Assembly: GCF_009914755.1 (NCBI RefSeq)
Contig: NC_060939.1
Direction: 5' to 3' (one strand)
DNA from: the human T2T-CHM13v2.0 reference genome, Homo sapiens
DNA: 64,000 nt
The position numbers and the translations under genes were made by a program. The notes beneath the pieces were generated by a model. That model saw nothing but the letters and a program-made list of their open reading frames with translations. It was not told where the DNA came from and did no database searches. Below, in pieces: positions 31,636-62,130 of this stretch (within the stretch, counting starts at the first letter, position 1; each line of letters starts with the position of its first letter).

Positions 31636-32989
31636 TTATAAACTTGAGTTAAAATATAACTCAAGTGAAGCAGAGAGAAGAATATTAAAGGGGAAACATT
31701 TAATGAGGAGCAAAGCATAGCCTTGACCGAGCTTCTGCTAAGAGCGGATGGCTCTCACTTGGCACAGACATCTTTCTGTATTGCACTACTTGCCCTGGCA
31801 GAGGCATCAGAACTGTTAGAACCACAATGGACTGTGCAGCACTTTTCATGCAACACTCCCCCTTTAAGGTTAGCCAACCGAGAGCAAGAAAAAATAGGTA
31901 ATAAGCTCAACATTACTCAGCTAGTAAGTGGCTGGTACAGGAATCAAGTTCTGCTTACTTAGTCTGAAGGTTTTCAGCCACTTCATACCATTTGATCAAC
32001 ATATTTGCCCTTTGTTTCTGAATGAAATAGAAAAAATAATTTCCTTCTTTCCTTCTTTCTTCCCGCCTTCCTTCCTTTTTTTCAAACAAAATTACTGCCA
32101 TTTATATTAGTGTTTCTACCACTTCTATCATGACCACTGCTGGCAAAAATGTACTGAACTTTTGCTGTGCATCAGGCAATATGGCTAACTAAGGCTTTGC
32201 ATACATCATTTACTCTTTCTAGTAACCCCAGAGTAGGTACTATTACTGTCTCTATTTACAGGGAAGACTGTGGAGGCCAAGAAGGATTAAACAATTTCCC
32301 TGCATCACACAGCCAAAAATGGTAAAGCCAGATTTGAAGTCCAGGCTCTTTGATTCTGGAGTTCATGCTAGTAACTACCAGCTCTCCGTCTGGCAGTGTT
32401 TTGTTCTTTTGTTGAATTACTAAAACAGAACTATTTTCTCTGAATGCAGAAGTTGAAACCTGTTGAGGAAATTCAACCAGAGTATTTCTTGAAGAAAAAA
32501 GAAACCATTTCCTGATTTCTTTATTTGTTAACCCTATGACATCATTAGGGTTGGTAGTAGCTGCTCCTTTGCCTTCACACACAAGAAAAAAGTGTGCAAA
32601 TAGTTCTTAGGAACTACTGAAGCTGTTCAGAGGACCAGAAGCTAGACCCTCCTCTATTATTTTCTCTGCCCTACGTCTGGCCTTTTTAGCTTGTGGAACT
32701 TATCATCCCCGCCATCCAGTAAAGGCTACAAAGGCCCCGAGACTAGTCCCTGCAGTTACTACTGATGTTCTTTTCTTGCTTCTCATCTGCTTTTACTACC
32801 AGTTCTGTCTTGCCCATGGTCAAACCATTATCTCTAAAACTCCACCTTCTAAGCTACCTCTGACCCTTCGAATTTGCCATGGTTAGAAAAATCAGGAAAA
32901 TAGGAAACCTAACCAGCAAAGAAACATCTGGGAGTGTATTTGTTGTCACTGTAAGCAATGACACATAGATTAAAACAATAAGATACCAT

Positions 32990-33545
<556 letters not shown>

Positions 33546-33651
33546 GCTAATTATCAAAGTCATAACTTAGCCTTTTTACCCATTAAATTAGGACAAATTT
33601 TTGAGTGATATTCAGTGTTGGTGAGTGGGTAATGCAATGTGCTCTTGTATA

Positions 33652-37907
<4,256 letters not shown>

Positions 37908-39444
37908 TATGTTGTTATAGACATTGTAAATTGTTATACGTCTTTTTTGCTTTTTGTTTTAGAAACAGGATCTTGCTCTGTCACCCAGGCTGGAGTGCAT
38001 AGGTGTGATCATAGCTCACTGCAACCTCAAATTTCAAGATTCAAGCAATCCTCCCATCTTAGCTTCTGAAGTAGCTGGGATTGTAGGTTCACCCCGCCAT
38101 GCCTGGCTAATTTTTTATTTTTTGTAGAGACAGAGTCTCACTATATTGCCTAGGCTGACATCTTTTCAAAAACAGTTTTGGAATATATATAAAGGATGTT
38201 AAGATAGTAATATTATTTGACAGATTCTACTTTGGGGACACTATCCTAAGAAAGTAATTTAATATCTGAAAAGAAAACCTGTAGCCTGATAATGTTGTAA
38301 TATTATTTATTATAGTGAGTAATTGATTTCAGTAAAATATGATCTATCAGCTCAGTGCAGTTTGAAATTATGAATGTAAAGACTTCAGCTACATGAAAAA
38401 ATATATTACTATGTTGAACAAAATACTTAAAAAGGAATACAATTATATGGACTGATGGTTATAGGAGTATATGAAGTTTTCACACAGTTGCTAGGACATA
38501 ACTTGTTTGTCTTTAGTGTCTTTTTGACATTGCCAAAAGCTTCTGACACTACTTTTTTAAAAATGTGGCTTAAAAAATTGTCAAGTAATGAGCAAAACAG
38601 AGACTCTACTTCTGTGCCTTAGTCTCATTGCCAGTTGCCAGCCTCTGATTTCAGGTGGGTGTGAGGGATGGAGGGACAATGAGGGATGAGGCAGGGCTCG
38701 GAGATGGTCTAAGAAGTCACTTGTATCTCATGTGGGTTTCTTCTCTCAAATTCTTGAGTTTCTCTTTATAGACCCTCATTAGAAAAGTCGGTTATGTGGG
38801 CATCAGTATGAGCCCTTACTCTTGACTCCACCACTGTTAGGGACATCCTCAGTGAAATCCCTGACAATTTCTTCAGTAATACATATGTTATATAACACTC
38901 CTTTATAATGATTTTTTTGGGGAAAGAATAGTAATTCTTTAGATGCTAACCCAGCCGGCTGTAAACAAATCATGGTTCTTTAAAAACCATGGCTCACACC
39001 TGTAATCCCAGCACTTTGGGAGGCTGAGGCAGGTGAATTACCTGAGGTCCGGATAACAGTAATGCATCCTCATAAGAGTTCAAGCCAGTAATTAATGAAA
39101 TACAAAGCCAAAGTCCCCAGAAATGAGAGATGGTTTGTGATGAGAGAGGATCTGGGGTGTCTGTGGTCTGTTACACACATTACTTGATGATAAAAACAGT
39201 GATCTTTACTTTGGCTTACAAAAGGCTCGTGCTTCAGCAGAGTGCAGCAAAATGTTCCCTGACCAAAACGACTGTGTCTGAAGGGCACAGCTTGGGGGAA
39301 TACAGCTATGAAAAAAACTACACGAGGAACAAAAACATTGGATGAAAATAGTGGTTGTATTTGGAAGGTAGAATTATAATCCTCCCCTTTTCTACGTTCC
39401 TAAATTGTCCATAATGTGGTTATATTTTTTTAATAATAAAAGTC

Positions 39445-39960
39445 CAATTTAACAAATATTTATTGGACACTGCGTGTCAGACACAATGCTTGATGCTGGA
39501 GATACAATGACCCAGACAGGCACAGTCACTGCTTGGCGGAACTTCAGTCCAGTGGGAGAGGCAGATGATTTTACAAGTCATTGTGACACCATGTGACAAA
39601 CCCACAATAGAGGAGTTCAGAGAGTGGCTGGATTGTGTCCGAGTGGTGCCTAACCCAAACGGGTTGGGAGGAGGTCCCAGGAAAGGCTTCCTGGAGGAAG
39701 AGGTGACTAAGCTGGGACCTGAGGGCTATATAACTGAAGATTGGAGTGAGGAGTGTTCTAAGCAAAAGAAGCTGCATTTGGCAAAGCTTGGAGGAACTGA
39801 AAGTTTGGTGACACTGGAGCATAGATTGAGCATGAGAAGGGAGTGGTGAGAGATGAGGCTGGAGCTTGAAGTAGGAACCAGATCACAAAGGACTTTGCTT
39901 TCTTATTAAGGAATTTGGATTTTGTCCTAAGGCGGTGTAAAGCTATTGGAAGGATATTCA
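39445..39960 (-). mobile_element. L2 fragment
   Basis: aacaaatatttattggacactg…cagacacaatgct…aggaaaggcttcctggaggaagaggtgac. Confidence 0.75.
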
Positions 39961-39989
39961 TTTGCTTGCCTGCTTGCTCACTTATTTAT

Positions 39990-44290
<4,301 letters not shown>

Positions 44291-44299
44291 TTATGCAGC

Positions 44300-45280
44300 T
44301 AAGGATATGATCAGATTTGTGTTTTAGGAAGATTATTCTGACTGCAGGGTAGAACTAGGTTGGAGGAAACAAGATTAGAGACAAAAAGACCAATGACAAG
44401 ATTGTTGCAGTAATCCAGGGGAGAATGGATAGATGAGGAGTTGAGGATAGTATTGGGTTCAAGAGGTGTTTAGAAAGTCAAAATGGCCAGGTGCACTGGC
44501 CTGCATCTGTAGTCCCAGCTACTCAGGAGGCTGAGGTGGGAGGACCACTTGAGCCCAGGAAATTGAGGCCAGCCTAGGCAACACAATGAGACTCCATCTC
44601 TAAAATATAAATAAATAATACAATACAATAAATAAAAATAAATAGATGGTCAAAATGACCAGACTTGGTGATGACTGAGATGTGCAGGGATGAGGAGGAA
44701 GCACTCAAGGATGACCCCAAACTTTCTGGGTTAGGCCGTCGAGTGGCGCCATTCCCAGCGATTTGAAACACACGAGATAGGGGCTGGTTTAGGAGGAAGA
44801 TGGCAAATTCACTTCTAAATATATTGAGTTTGAGGTGCCTGCAGGTAGTCCTAGAAGAGTGTGGTCCAGTGGGCTGTTGAATGTATAAGTCTGAAGCTCT
44901 GGAGAGACATCTGGGCTAGAGAGATGGAGTGATATGACAGAGCCCTGAGGAACCCCAGCACTAAAGGATGGTCAGGAAGTTCAGGAGTGTGCGAAGAAGA
45001 CTGGAAAGAAACACTCAGAGAGGTAGGAGAAAAATGGGACGGCATGGAGCCCCAGGAGCCAGGAGAAGAATGTTTTCAATAGAGCAAACTGTCAGTAATT
45101 TCCAGTGTTCCAAGAGGTCAGGAGCTGAAAATGCCCATTTGGATTTAGTAGCGTGCAAAGTCTGTGGTTATCTTGGGAAATTTCGGTGGAGCAGAGGGAT
45201 GGGGGCTGAGGTCTGTGGGAGTTGAGGAAGTGGAGTTGAGGCAACTCCTTCATCACAAAGCTTGGCTGTGAAGAGGAGAG
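44300..45280 (-). mobile_element. L2 fragment with an Alu monomer (44485-44645, +)
   Basis: tgatcagatttgtgttttaggaagat…ttgagtttgaggtgcctg…cagagccctgaggaacccc. Confidence 0.72.
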
Positions 45281-45391
45281 ACACCGGGACACCGGGGCAA
45301 GGAGGAGGAATAGGATGATGCAGCAAGTTAGCGACTTTTGTGTCTCCTCCTTCCCCAGCTTTACGTGGGAGAGGCTGGGCCATTTGTTTGT

Positions 45392-45423
<32 letters not shown>

Positions 45424-45931
45424 TGAGATAGAATATTGCCCTCTTGCTCAGGCTGCCATGCAGTGGCTCACACTGGCTCTCCTCTTCCCAGCTGTGGCAC
45501 ATCCCAGCGGCAGTTAATCTTGCCACTTTCAATCTCCCCATTACCATTATAAGTGCTGGGATTACAGGCAGGAGCCACCAGGCCCAGCCTTTGGCCCACA
45601 TTTAAATGCAGATGGAAAGAGCTAATAGAGGAGAGGAGGAAGCAGTCTGTGATCCTGTTCTTTGAGGACCAAGTAATACTGAGAAGGATATAAGGGGTTG
45701 GAGAAGTTGGCCAAATCAGTCTGGCAGAGAGTAAGTCAATTATAGTGTTGGTATATGTTCCCTGACAGTTTTGACTTTTAATTTTGTTGAGCTGTCTAAT
45801 ATTTTTGCTTGGCTATTTTGAGAAGGAGCCTCTAAGAAATTGGATTCAGGTTTAGAAATTTAGTTGAAGATTAAGTTTAAAAAGTAAGGTACAGACAGTG
45901 TATCAGTAAGTTACCATTTGTGTAAAAAGGG

Positions 45932-46990
<1,059 letters not shown>

Positions 46991-47348
46991 AGAGCAGCAG
47001 TAATATGTATTCTTATTTGCTGTACATGCATAATCAGTATTTCAAAGGACTCACAAGAAGCAAAAAATCTGGTATCGATTGTGAGGTGGGAACTGGGTCG
47101 AAGGGGAGCGAGAATTGAGGATGCCTTGTCACTCTCCACTGTTATATAGGGTATTTGTTGAGAATGCCAATATATTACTTATTTAAATAACGTGATGTAA
47201 ACTGTTTAGTTATCTTTAAAAGTAATGATTACAACAGGGCCTGAATTTTCTTATTTACTAATGATTCTAAGCATCTGTAATCTGTCTGTTCTGTGTCTAA
47301 GAAGCTAAATCTTGCTGTGTGCCTGTGAGGTGTGGATCTTTGCCTGTA

Positions 47349-47689
47349 CAGTTGGTCCTCCATTATCTCATTATCTGAGGGTTGGTTTTGCATATGTAGA
47401 TTCAACCAATTACAGATCAAAAATATTAGAAAAAAAATTGCATCCTTACTAAACATGTTTTTTCTTTGTCATTATCCCCTAAACAATACAGTATGACAAC
47501 TATTTACATAGTATTTGCTTTGTATTAGGTATTATAAATAATTTGGAGGTGATTTATAGTATATGGAAGGATGTTTGTAGGTTACATACAAGTACTGTGC
47601 CCTTTTATATCAGGGATTTGAGTATGCATAGATTTTGGTGTCTGTAGGGGGCCCTGGAACCAATCCCCCTGCGTACTGAGGGACAGCTG
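47349..47689 (-). mobile_element. MER2 (TcMar-Tigger MITE)
   Basis: TA|cagttggtcctcc…gattcaaccaa…cctggaaccaatcccc…gagggacagctg matches the MER2 reverse complement as I recall it. Confidence 0.82.
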
Positions 47690-47969
47690 TGCTCCACTCT
47701 TCCCCACTGGGGACCGACAGCCTTGGGGAAGTGGACAGTCCTGGTTCTTGGGTCAAGGAAGAGGACCATGGCCTGGAACATCCTGGCCCTATCCACTATA
47801 GCTTGACCGAGTGGGCTCTAAGGCTGGTTTATAGGGAAGGAAAGAGGAAATGGGGTAGTAATTATTGTGTCATAGGCAAAAGCCTCACACTGGCTGTCCC
47901 CTTCCCCTGGGAAAAAATTCTTTAGCATTTCTCTGTAAATTTCATTGTGATTTTAGAGCATGTGTCTGA

Positions 47970-49090
<1,121 letters not shown>

Positions 49091-51364
49091 CACTGGTTTT
49101 TCTGTTTGTTTGACAAAAGGAATGCCAGACCAACTCAGTCTCCAAACAAGCGCCCAGATCCAGTTATGGCTTTAACTGAGATTAAATGGAGAATCTGGTT
49201 TCAGGGACCAGTTCTTCCATTTTTGGTAGCTTGGTTCGTTATGGAGACTAAAGTTCTTACCATGATGAATTAAAAAAAAAAATTTATTTTTGTATTTTTC
49301 TGCTGTTTAAACCATGATGAATTTTTAGCAACCTCTCATCTGGGCAGATTCTCCCAAGAGATAGTGAATGCTTAGGAACACTTTACAGCTCAGCCTAAGG
49401 GAGAACATATCAGAAGCATGGCTGGATGAGAAAGGAGTGGCCTGCCTGGGAAAGTACTCCGTTCCCATCTTCAGAGGGGTCTGGTGGCGGCTAGATGGCC
49501 TTTGGTGAGGATGCTGTCTGGTTGCATTGGCTGGCCCGGAAGATCATTCCAAACTCTGTGGCTTATGAGTCCAGACAGAACAGGACAAGGACACTGTGTG
49601 TGTCTTTTCATGAGCTAGTGGCCAGATGAGGAAAAGTACCCTATGCTCTTTTAAATAAAAAACAGGATGTAAGTTTTTTTAAAAATTCAATATGCTTTAT
49701 TTAGAATTACCATGTGCTTTATCTAACTAAATATTCCAGAGCATTTTATTCTTTCCAGACATGTTTTCTCTTATACTTTCCTAGTTCCTTTGTGACATCG
49801 TATGCTTATTTTGTCCTTTAAAGTTATCAACAGTGTGAAAAAAAGTTGTTTTGTTGGCTGGCTGTATGGTAGAAAACACAGCCTTCATCTCTTTTTTTGG
49901 CATATATGTAGAAGTTATTGAGTTAAAACTGAAAAGGCACCTTTAATTTATGACAGTATCATAACTTTAATTAAAAAATCAAACTTGTTATTTGGAAATG
50001 TAAAATCTTCCCCAAAGTAGAATAAAGAACCCCCATAGACTCATCACCAGATTCAATATTTTTCAACATTTTGCCACTCTTGTTTCATCTGTCCCCTCCC
50101 CTTTGTTTTTTCTCTTTTAATTCCAAATTACAATCTCTTCTAAACTCAGTGAAGTGTCCTACCAAGTTGAATCACAGCGGTGGATCTGGTGTGATTCAGA
50201 ATGCAGTGGGGGTGAAAGGAGGGAGTCGGCAGGCTGACAGGTGCCTGTCTTTTACATATATTTCCTACGGCAGGAAGAGGTTGGTGTGGGATGAACAGAG
50301 GCTCAGGCACTTTGTCTCCTTTCCTGCTTGGCCTGAAGTGCCTACCTGACCCTTGTGGCCTCCAAGGGTGCCTTTGGCCAGTTGCCTTACCAGCCACTAG
50401 GCCGGACTCCTGCCACTGCTCAAGTCTTAGTTGATCAAAAGCCAGTTCTTCCCTTCTGCAGTTCCTTTCTATCACCATAAGAAGCAAATCAGCTTCCTCT
50501 GGAGGAGATAAATGGGCAAACCTGATTTACCCAGAACATATTTCTCTAGTCATTGTCTTATTAGCATTAAAGTTAAAAGGAGAACTACACTCAACGGAAG
50601 GCCTCCCTCACCACCCAGAGATATCACACCAGGTGGGGAGGTGGGGATGGGAACAGGCAGTTTAAAACTTCTACTTCTGTGGAGGCTTGGGTGGCGCTCT
50701 GTGGAAAGACAGTAAAGTGCCTTTAGAGGCTTGGGTCTGCATTCACCCTGCTATGCCATCCCTGAGAACTTGAAGCTGAAATTCTTCATTTTATCGTGGA
50801 AATTTGTAGCTGTACAGAAAAGTAGGAGTAGAATAAGAAGCTCCCATATAGCCCTCACCAGTTTTTAATAACGATCAACACTTTGCATTTAAACTTTTTG
50901 ATTATGCAGCCTAGTAGTAAAAAGAGTTTTATATCCCCAATTTGGGTATGTTCTTTGTTTTTTAAATTATGTACATATAACACTGTATTGTTAATATTAA
51001 GTATACAAAAAAATAGAAAGCTAAGTGGAAACAGAACTTCTAATGTTTTCCCCATACCCTATGCCATCCTGTAAATCCCCTGGGGGTACACATTCCTCTT
51101 TGGAGCCAAATCATTTAGAAACATTATGTAATTCAGCAAACACGTGTTGGAGCCCACTGTGTGGCTGACGCTGTGCAAATGCTGGAGGGAAGATGCTGGG
51201 GGAGGTCTCACTGCTTACAGCCTGCTCCATCAGGGTCAGGGAATGAACATGATCCATCTTCTCCAGGTGAGAAGCTCTGCCTGAGACATAGACCTTATTC
51301 TCTGCCTTTTCTTGAGCAGGATCCCCCAGCATGAACTCTGGGCGTGTTTTATGCATTGTCGTTA

Positions 51365-55022
<3,658 letters not shown>

Positions 55023-55893
55023 CTGTAGAACTTCTTACATGGAAGGATGTATTTGGTCATACCATTAGCATTTAGAAACCCATATTTCACTTCAAGGTAT
55101 TTGGAAATTACATTTCTCCTGTTTTTAATAACTGTATAAAAATACAACTATAAGCTAGGATTTATTTTGCTACTTAGCTGCAGAAGAAAAATGTATGTCT
55201 TGATTGTTCACACATAAAGAATATACTGTACCATATATGCTTTTGATAATGATAATCTTCCTAGTTGATAATAAACAACAACTCTCCAATTCTTGGACTT
55301 CAGCTCATTTCCTAACTTAGCGTGGGCTTATGTAGGAATCTGCTTATGGTTTACCAGTCAAGTAAGATCTGGGGTTTCTAATTAACCACAAACATAATGA
55401 TATGCCAACAGTACAGTACATCTACCCAAACAGTTAATGCAAATGTAGGTCACATTGATAGATCAATAGTGTCTAAATTAGAGGAAGTAATTTCCCCCCT
55501 AGGTGACGAAATCTAGTTGCAACTTTTCAGCCATTCATCCCAGGCTGCAGCTTTCAGATGCTATGTGATAGGTAGGTGTGCACCTACACGTAACTGATAT
55601 CTCATCTAACTGAGCTCTAGGTCCCTTGGGGAAGTACTCCGGGAGTATGGTACTGTCTGCCGTTAGCTCTAAACTTCTACCTGGAAATCCACAACTCTGC
55701 TTCTTTTGGAAGATTCACACGTCCTGTTTCATTACAGAAAGAGTTCTGCCGTTAGCATTAGCCATGTCACTCCCCTCCCCGGTCTATCTAGCACTGGATC
55801 CCAGACACTGATGTGGAGAACCATTTCTGTATGGAGGCACAGAAGCCTTCTCTTCCTCATTTGATGTCTAGGTCCCATGTTCTGAAACAGTAG

Positions 55894-56637
<744 letters not shown>

Positions 56638-56689
56638 GTAAGAAAAATGGGACTCTCTATTTCATTCAGTCTCTCTCTGTCATCACTAC

Positions 56690-56970
56690 CATATTAGCCA
56701 GCTTTGCTTTAGTAACAATCCAAAAACTCAGACTCTCAACAAACATTTATTTTTCACTCATATTACTTGTCCGTGGTGCTGGAATACCTTCTACGTCTCT
56801 CCTCTGTGTATCTTCTCCATCTGCAACTGAGGCTGAAGGAGCATCCCCTACTTAAGACATGATAGTCTCATGGCAGAAGGAAAAGAGTATGAGAGTTTCT
56901 GTTTGAACAATATGAACATCACATTTGCTCATAAGCCATTGGCCAAAGCAAGTCACATGGGCCGGTCAAC
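56690..56970 (-). mobile_element. MLT1 (J/K-like) LTR fragment
   Basis: ggctgaaggagcat…tctcatggcagaagg…cattggccaaagcaagtcacatgg motifs. Confidence 0.65.
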
Positions 56971-57005
56971 TTTTTTTTAGCCATTCATCCCAGGCTGCAG
57001 CTGGG

Positions 57006-57013
57006 TGACGTCA
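57006..57013. promoter_or_regulatory. Full palindromic CRE motif TGACGTCA (function untested)
   Basis: Exact 8-mer with intact CpG in sequence not recognisable as a repeat. Confidence 0.3.
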
Positions 57014-57338
57014 GAGGTGACTTGGAATGGCAACAGATGGTGCCTGAGCTTGTAGGACCGTTGGGGAGCACCGTGGGAGGCTCAGAATGCTGGGGCAGTC
57101 CCTAATAGTGATGCTGCTGCTCCTGACCACGAAAGGACTCTGCAGGTCAGCCCCACCTTTGACAAGATGCTTCCCAGGGTTCCACCATGCAGACACTCAT
57201 CCTCCTTTCCAATGTCCGGGTATCCCTGGGACAAGCAGCTCTTACGTATGTAACATCATTTTGTCTTCTCAACAAGCCTGTGGAAGTTATTATCATTTCC
57301 ACTTTTTAGATAAGGAAGATGAAGTAACTTGTTAATAA

Positions 57339-60170
<2,832 letters not shown>

Positions 60171-60619
60171 GAGATCCTGTGTCCTCATTGCATCTTGCCA
60201 AGAAGCACCTGATGTCAGTTTGTCCCATTATTTTTCAGGTATTTCAATATATTATTCTCTAGAATAGAGTATTCCATTGTCTGAGATAAATCTAGCTTCC
60301 CTATATCATAGTGGCTATTTTTCTTCCAGCCCAGAAGTTTTTCCTTGGTAAGATAACTTTATTTTGTGAGTTTATAGATTTGGATTATAAAAATAGATCG
60401 GAACTGTTAGACTAATTTGGCCCAGAGATTTTATGAGTCCACTTGGGAGAAATAGGAGTAATTCTCAAAACCAAAATGAGAAAATCCATGTTTAACAAAG
60501 AAAAATTAGTTTTTAGCTGAAGGAAGTCCCCTATAAAAACATTGTGTCACAGGATTCCTTTCACAGTAAGCTACCAATTTTATATGTGACTCAATTGACG
60601 TAAAACTCTGTTTTAAATG

Positions 60620-60752
60620 AATAGTATGTGAGGTGATGGATATGTTAATAACTTGATTTCATCATTTTGCTATGTATACATATATCAAAACGTCATGTTG
60701 TACAGTGTAAATATATACAATTTTTCTTTGTCAGTAACACCTTAATGCTGGA
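60620..60752 (+). mobile_element. L1MA/MB 3' terminal fragment
   Basis: tatgtgaggtgatggatatgttaat…tgtatacatatatcaaaac…tgtaaatatatacaatttt. Confidence 0.75.
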
Positions 60753-61235
60753 GGGGATGGGAGAAGAAAATCTGTTTTCTATATTTCACAAGCACATCTA
60801 TTGCACAATGTATACACATTGCCTCATTATGTGAGATTTATTGGCCCAGCCTAGGATTTGGCTTTTGACAACCAAAAAGGTTGCCCTTTGTGATACCAGT
60901 CTCAAAAATGTTAAGAACGTACCCCAAGCATCTCTTTAAAAAGGATTTTGGATTTATTGACCATGAATTTATCTACAATCTGTTTCTGCTTTCATTTGTA
61001 TCATTTAGGGACTGATGATTTGTATGTTTTCCACTTGTATTTACATAGCATTCCTTTTTTCCTCTTTAACTCAGGGGTTACACACTCTGAATGTCTAAAA
61101 TGATGAGTCAGTGAAATGGTTTGTGTGTAAGGATTCATAGTAAGAGAGTGGGTGTCCCATCTACAGGGAGCAGCCATGCTCAACTTGAGCCTGAGATGAG
61201 TGCGGCTCATTGTGGCCAAGATATTTTGATTTATG

Positions 61236-61577
<342 letters not shown>

Positions 61578-62001
61578 TCAAACATTATGAATTCAATCAA
61601 AAATTTTAAAAGACACTGTGCAGAACAAATAGGTGCCTCGTGGCTTGCCAGTTTCTTTCTTTAATATACCTCTTTTACATTTCAAAGTGTCCTTTCTAGT
61701 TTTCTGGGATTTAGTATATGAGTTCACCGTCTTCTGATTCTCCTCCCCCAATTGCATGACAACTTTTATTATTCTTTCAGCTTTCCTCTTAACACACTAC
61801 AGATTATTTGTCATTATTTTATGGTTATTATAAAGAAATAGTTCCATATACTACTTTATTTACCTTGACCCAAGGCCCACTAATGTATAATAAGTAAAAC
61901 TGTAAAATCGGTCCTTTCATCTCCTGTTGTTATCAGTTGTTCTTGAGGGTGAGTGTCAATTTCATGGTTGGAGGCCAACTCTTCTTCCCTTCTCTCTGCA
62001 G

Positions 62002-62121
62002 CCGTCATTTCACCAAGCTGATAATGTTCGGGGAACCCGCCATCACGGGCTGGTGGAGAGGCCATCCAGGAACCGCTTCCACCCCCTCCACCGAAGGTCT
62101 GGGGACAAGCCAGGGCGACAA
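62002..62121 (+). CDS. CRTC3: CRTC3 coding exon 3 (aa 78-117, PSFHQADNVRGTRHHGLVERPSRNRFHPLHRRSGDKPGRQ), 120 nt
   Basis: Strong acceptor cttcttcccttctctctgcAG (62000-62001). The translation contains the CRTC-family TRHHGLVER motif and the exon ends exactly at an ATATCCTTT donor. Confidence 0.97.
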
Positions 62122-62130
62122 ATATCCTTT
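62122..62130 (+). other. CRTC3: U12-type (minor spliceosome) AT-AC 5' splice site of CRTC3 intron 3
   Basis: ATATCCTTT is a perfect U11-binding consensus and follows the last codon (CAA, Gln117) that matches CRTC3. There is no GT at the expected junction. Confidence 0.92.

Noticed and set aside
50632-50652. G-quadruplex candidate ggtggggaggtggggatggg
   Set aside because: Only three runs of three or more G; not a canonical G4.
60225-60244. tttttCAG|GTATTT AG/GT juxtaposition
   Set aside because: Short pyrimidine tract, weak reconstituted donor and only 1.8 kb from exon 3; less convincing than the sites reported.
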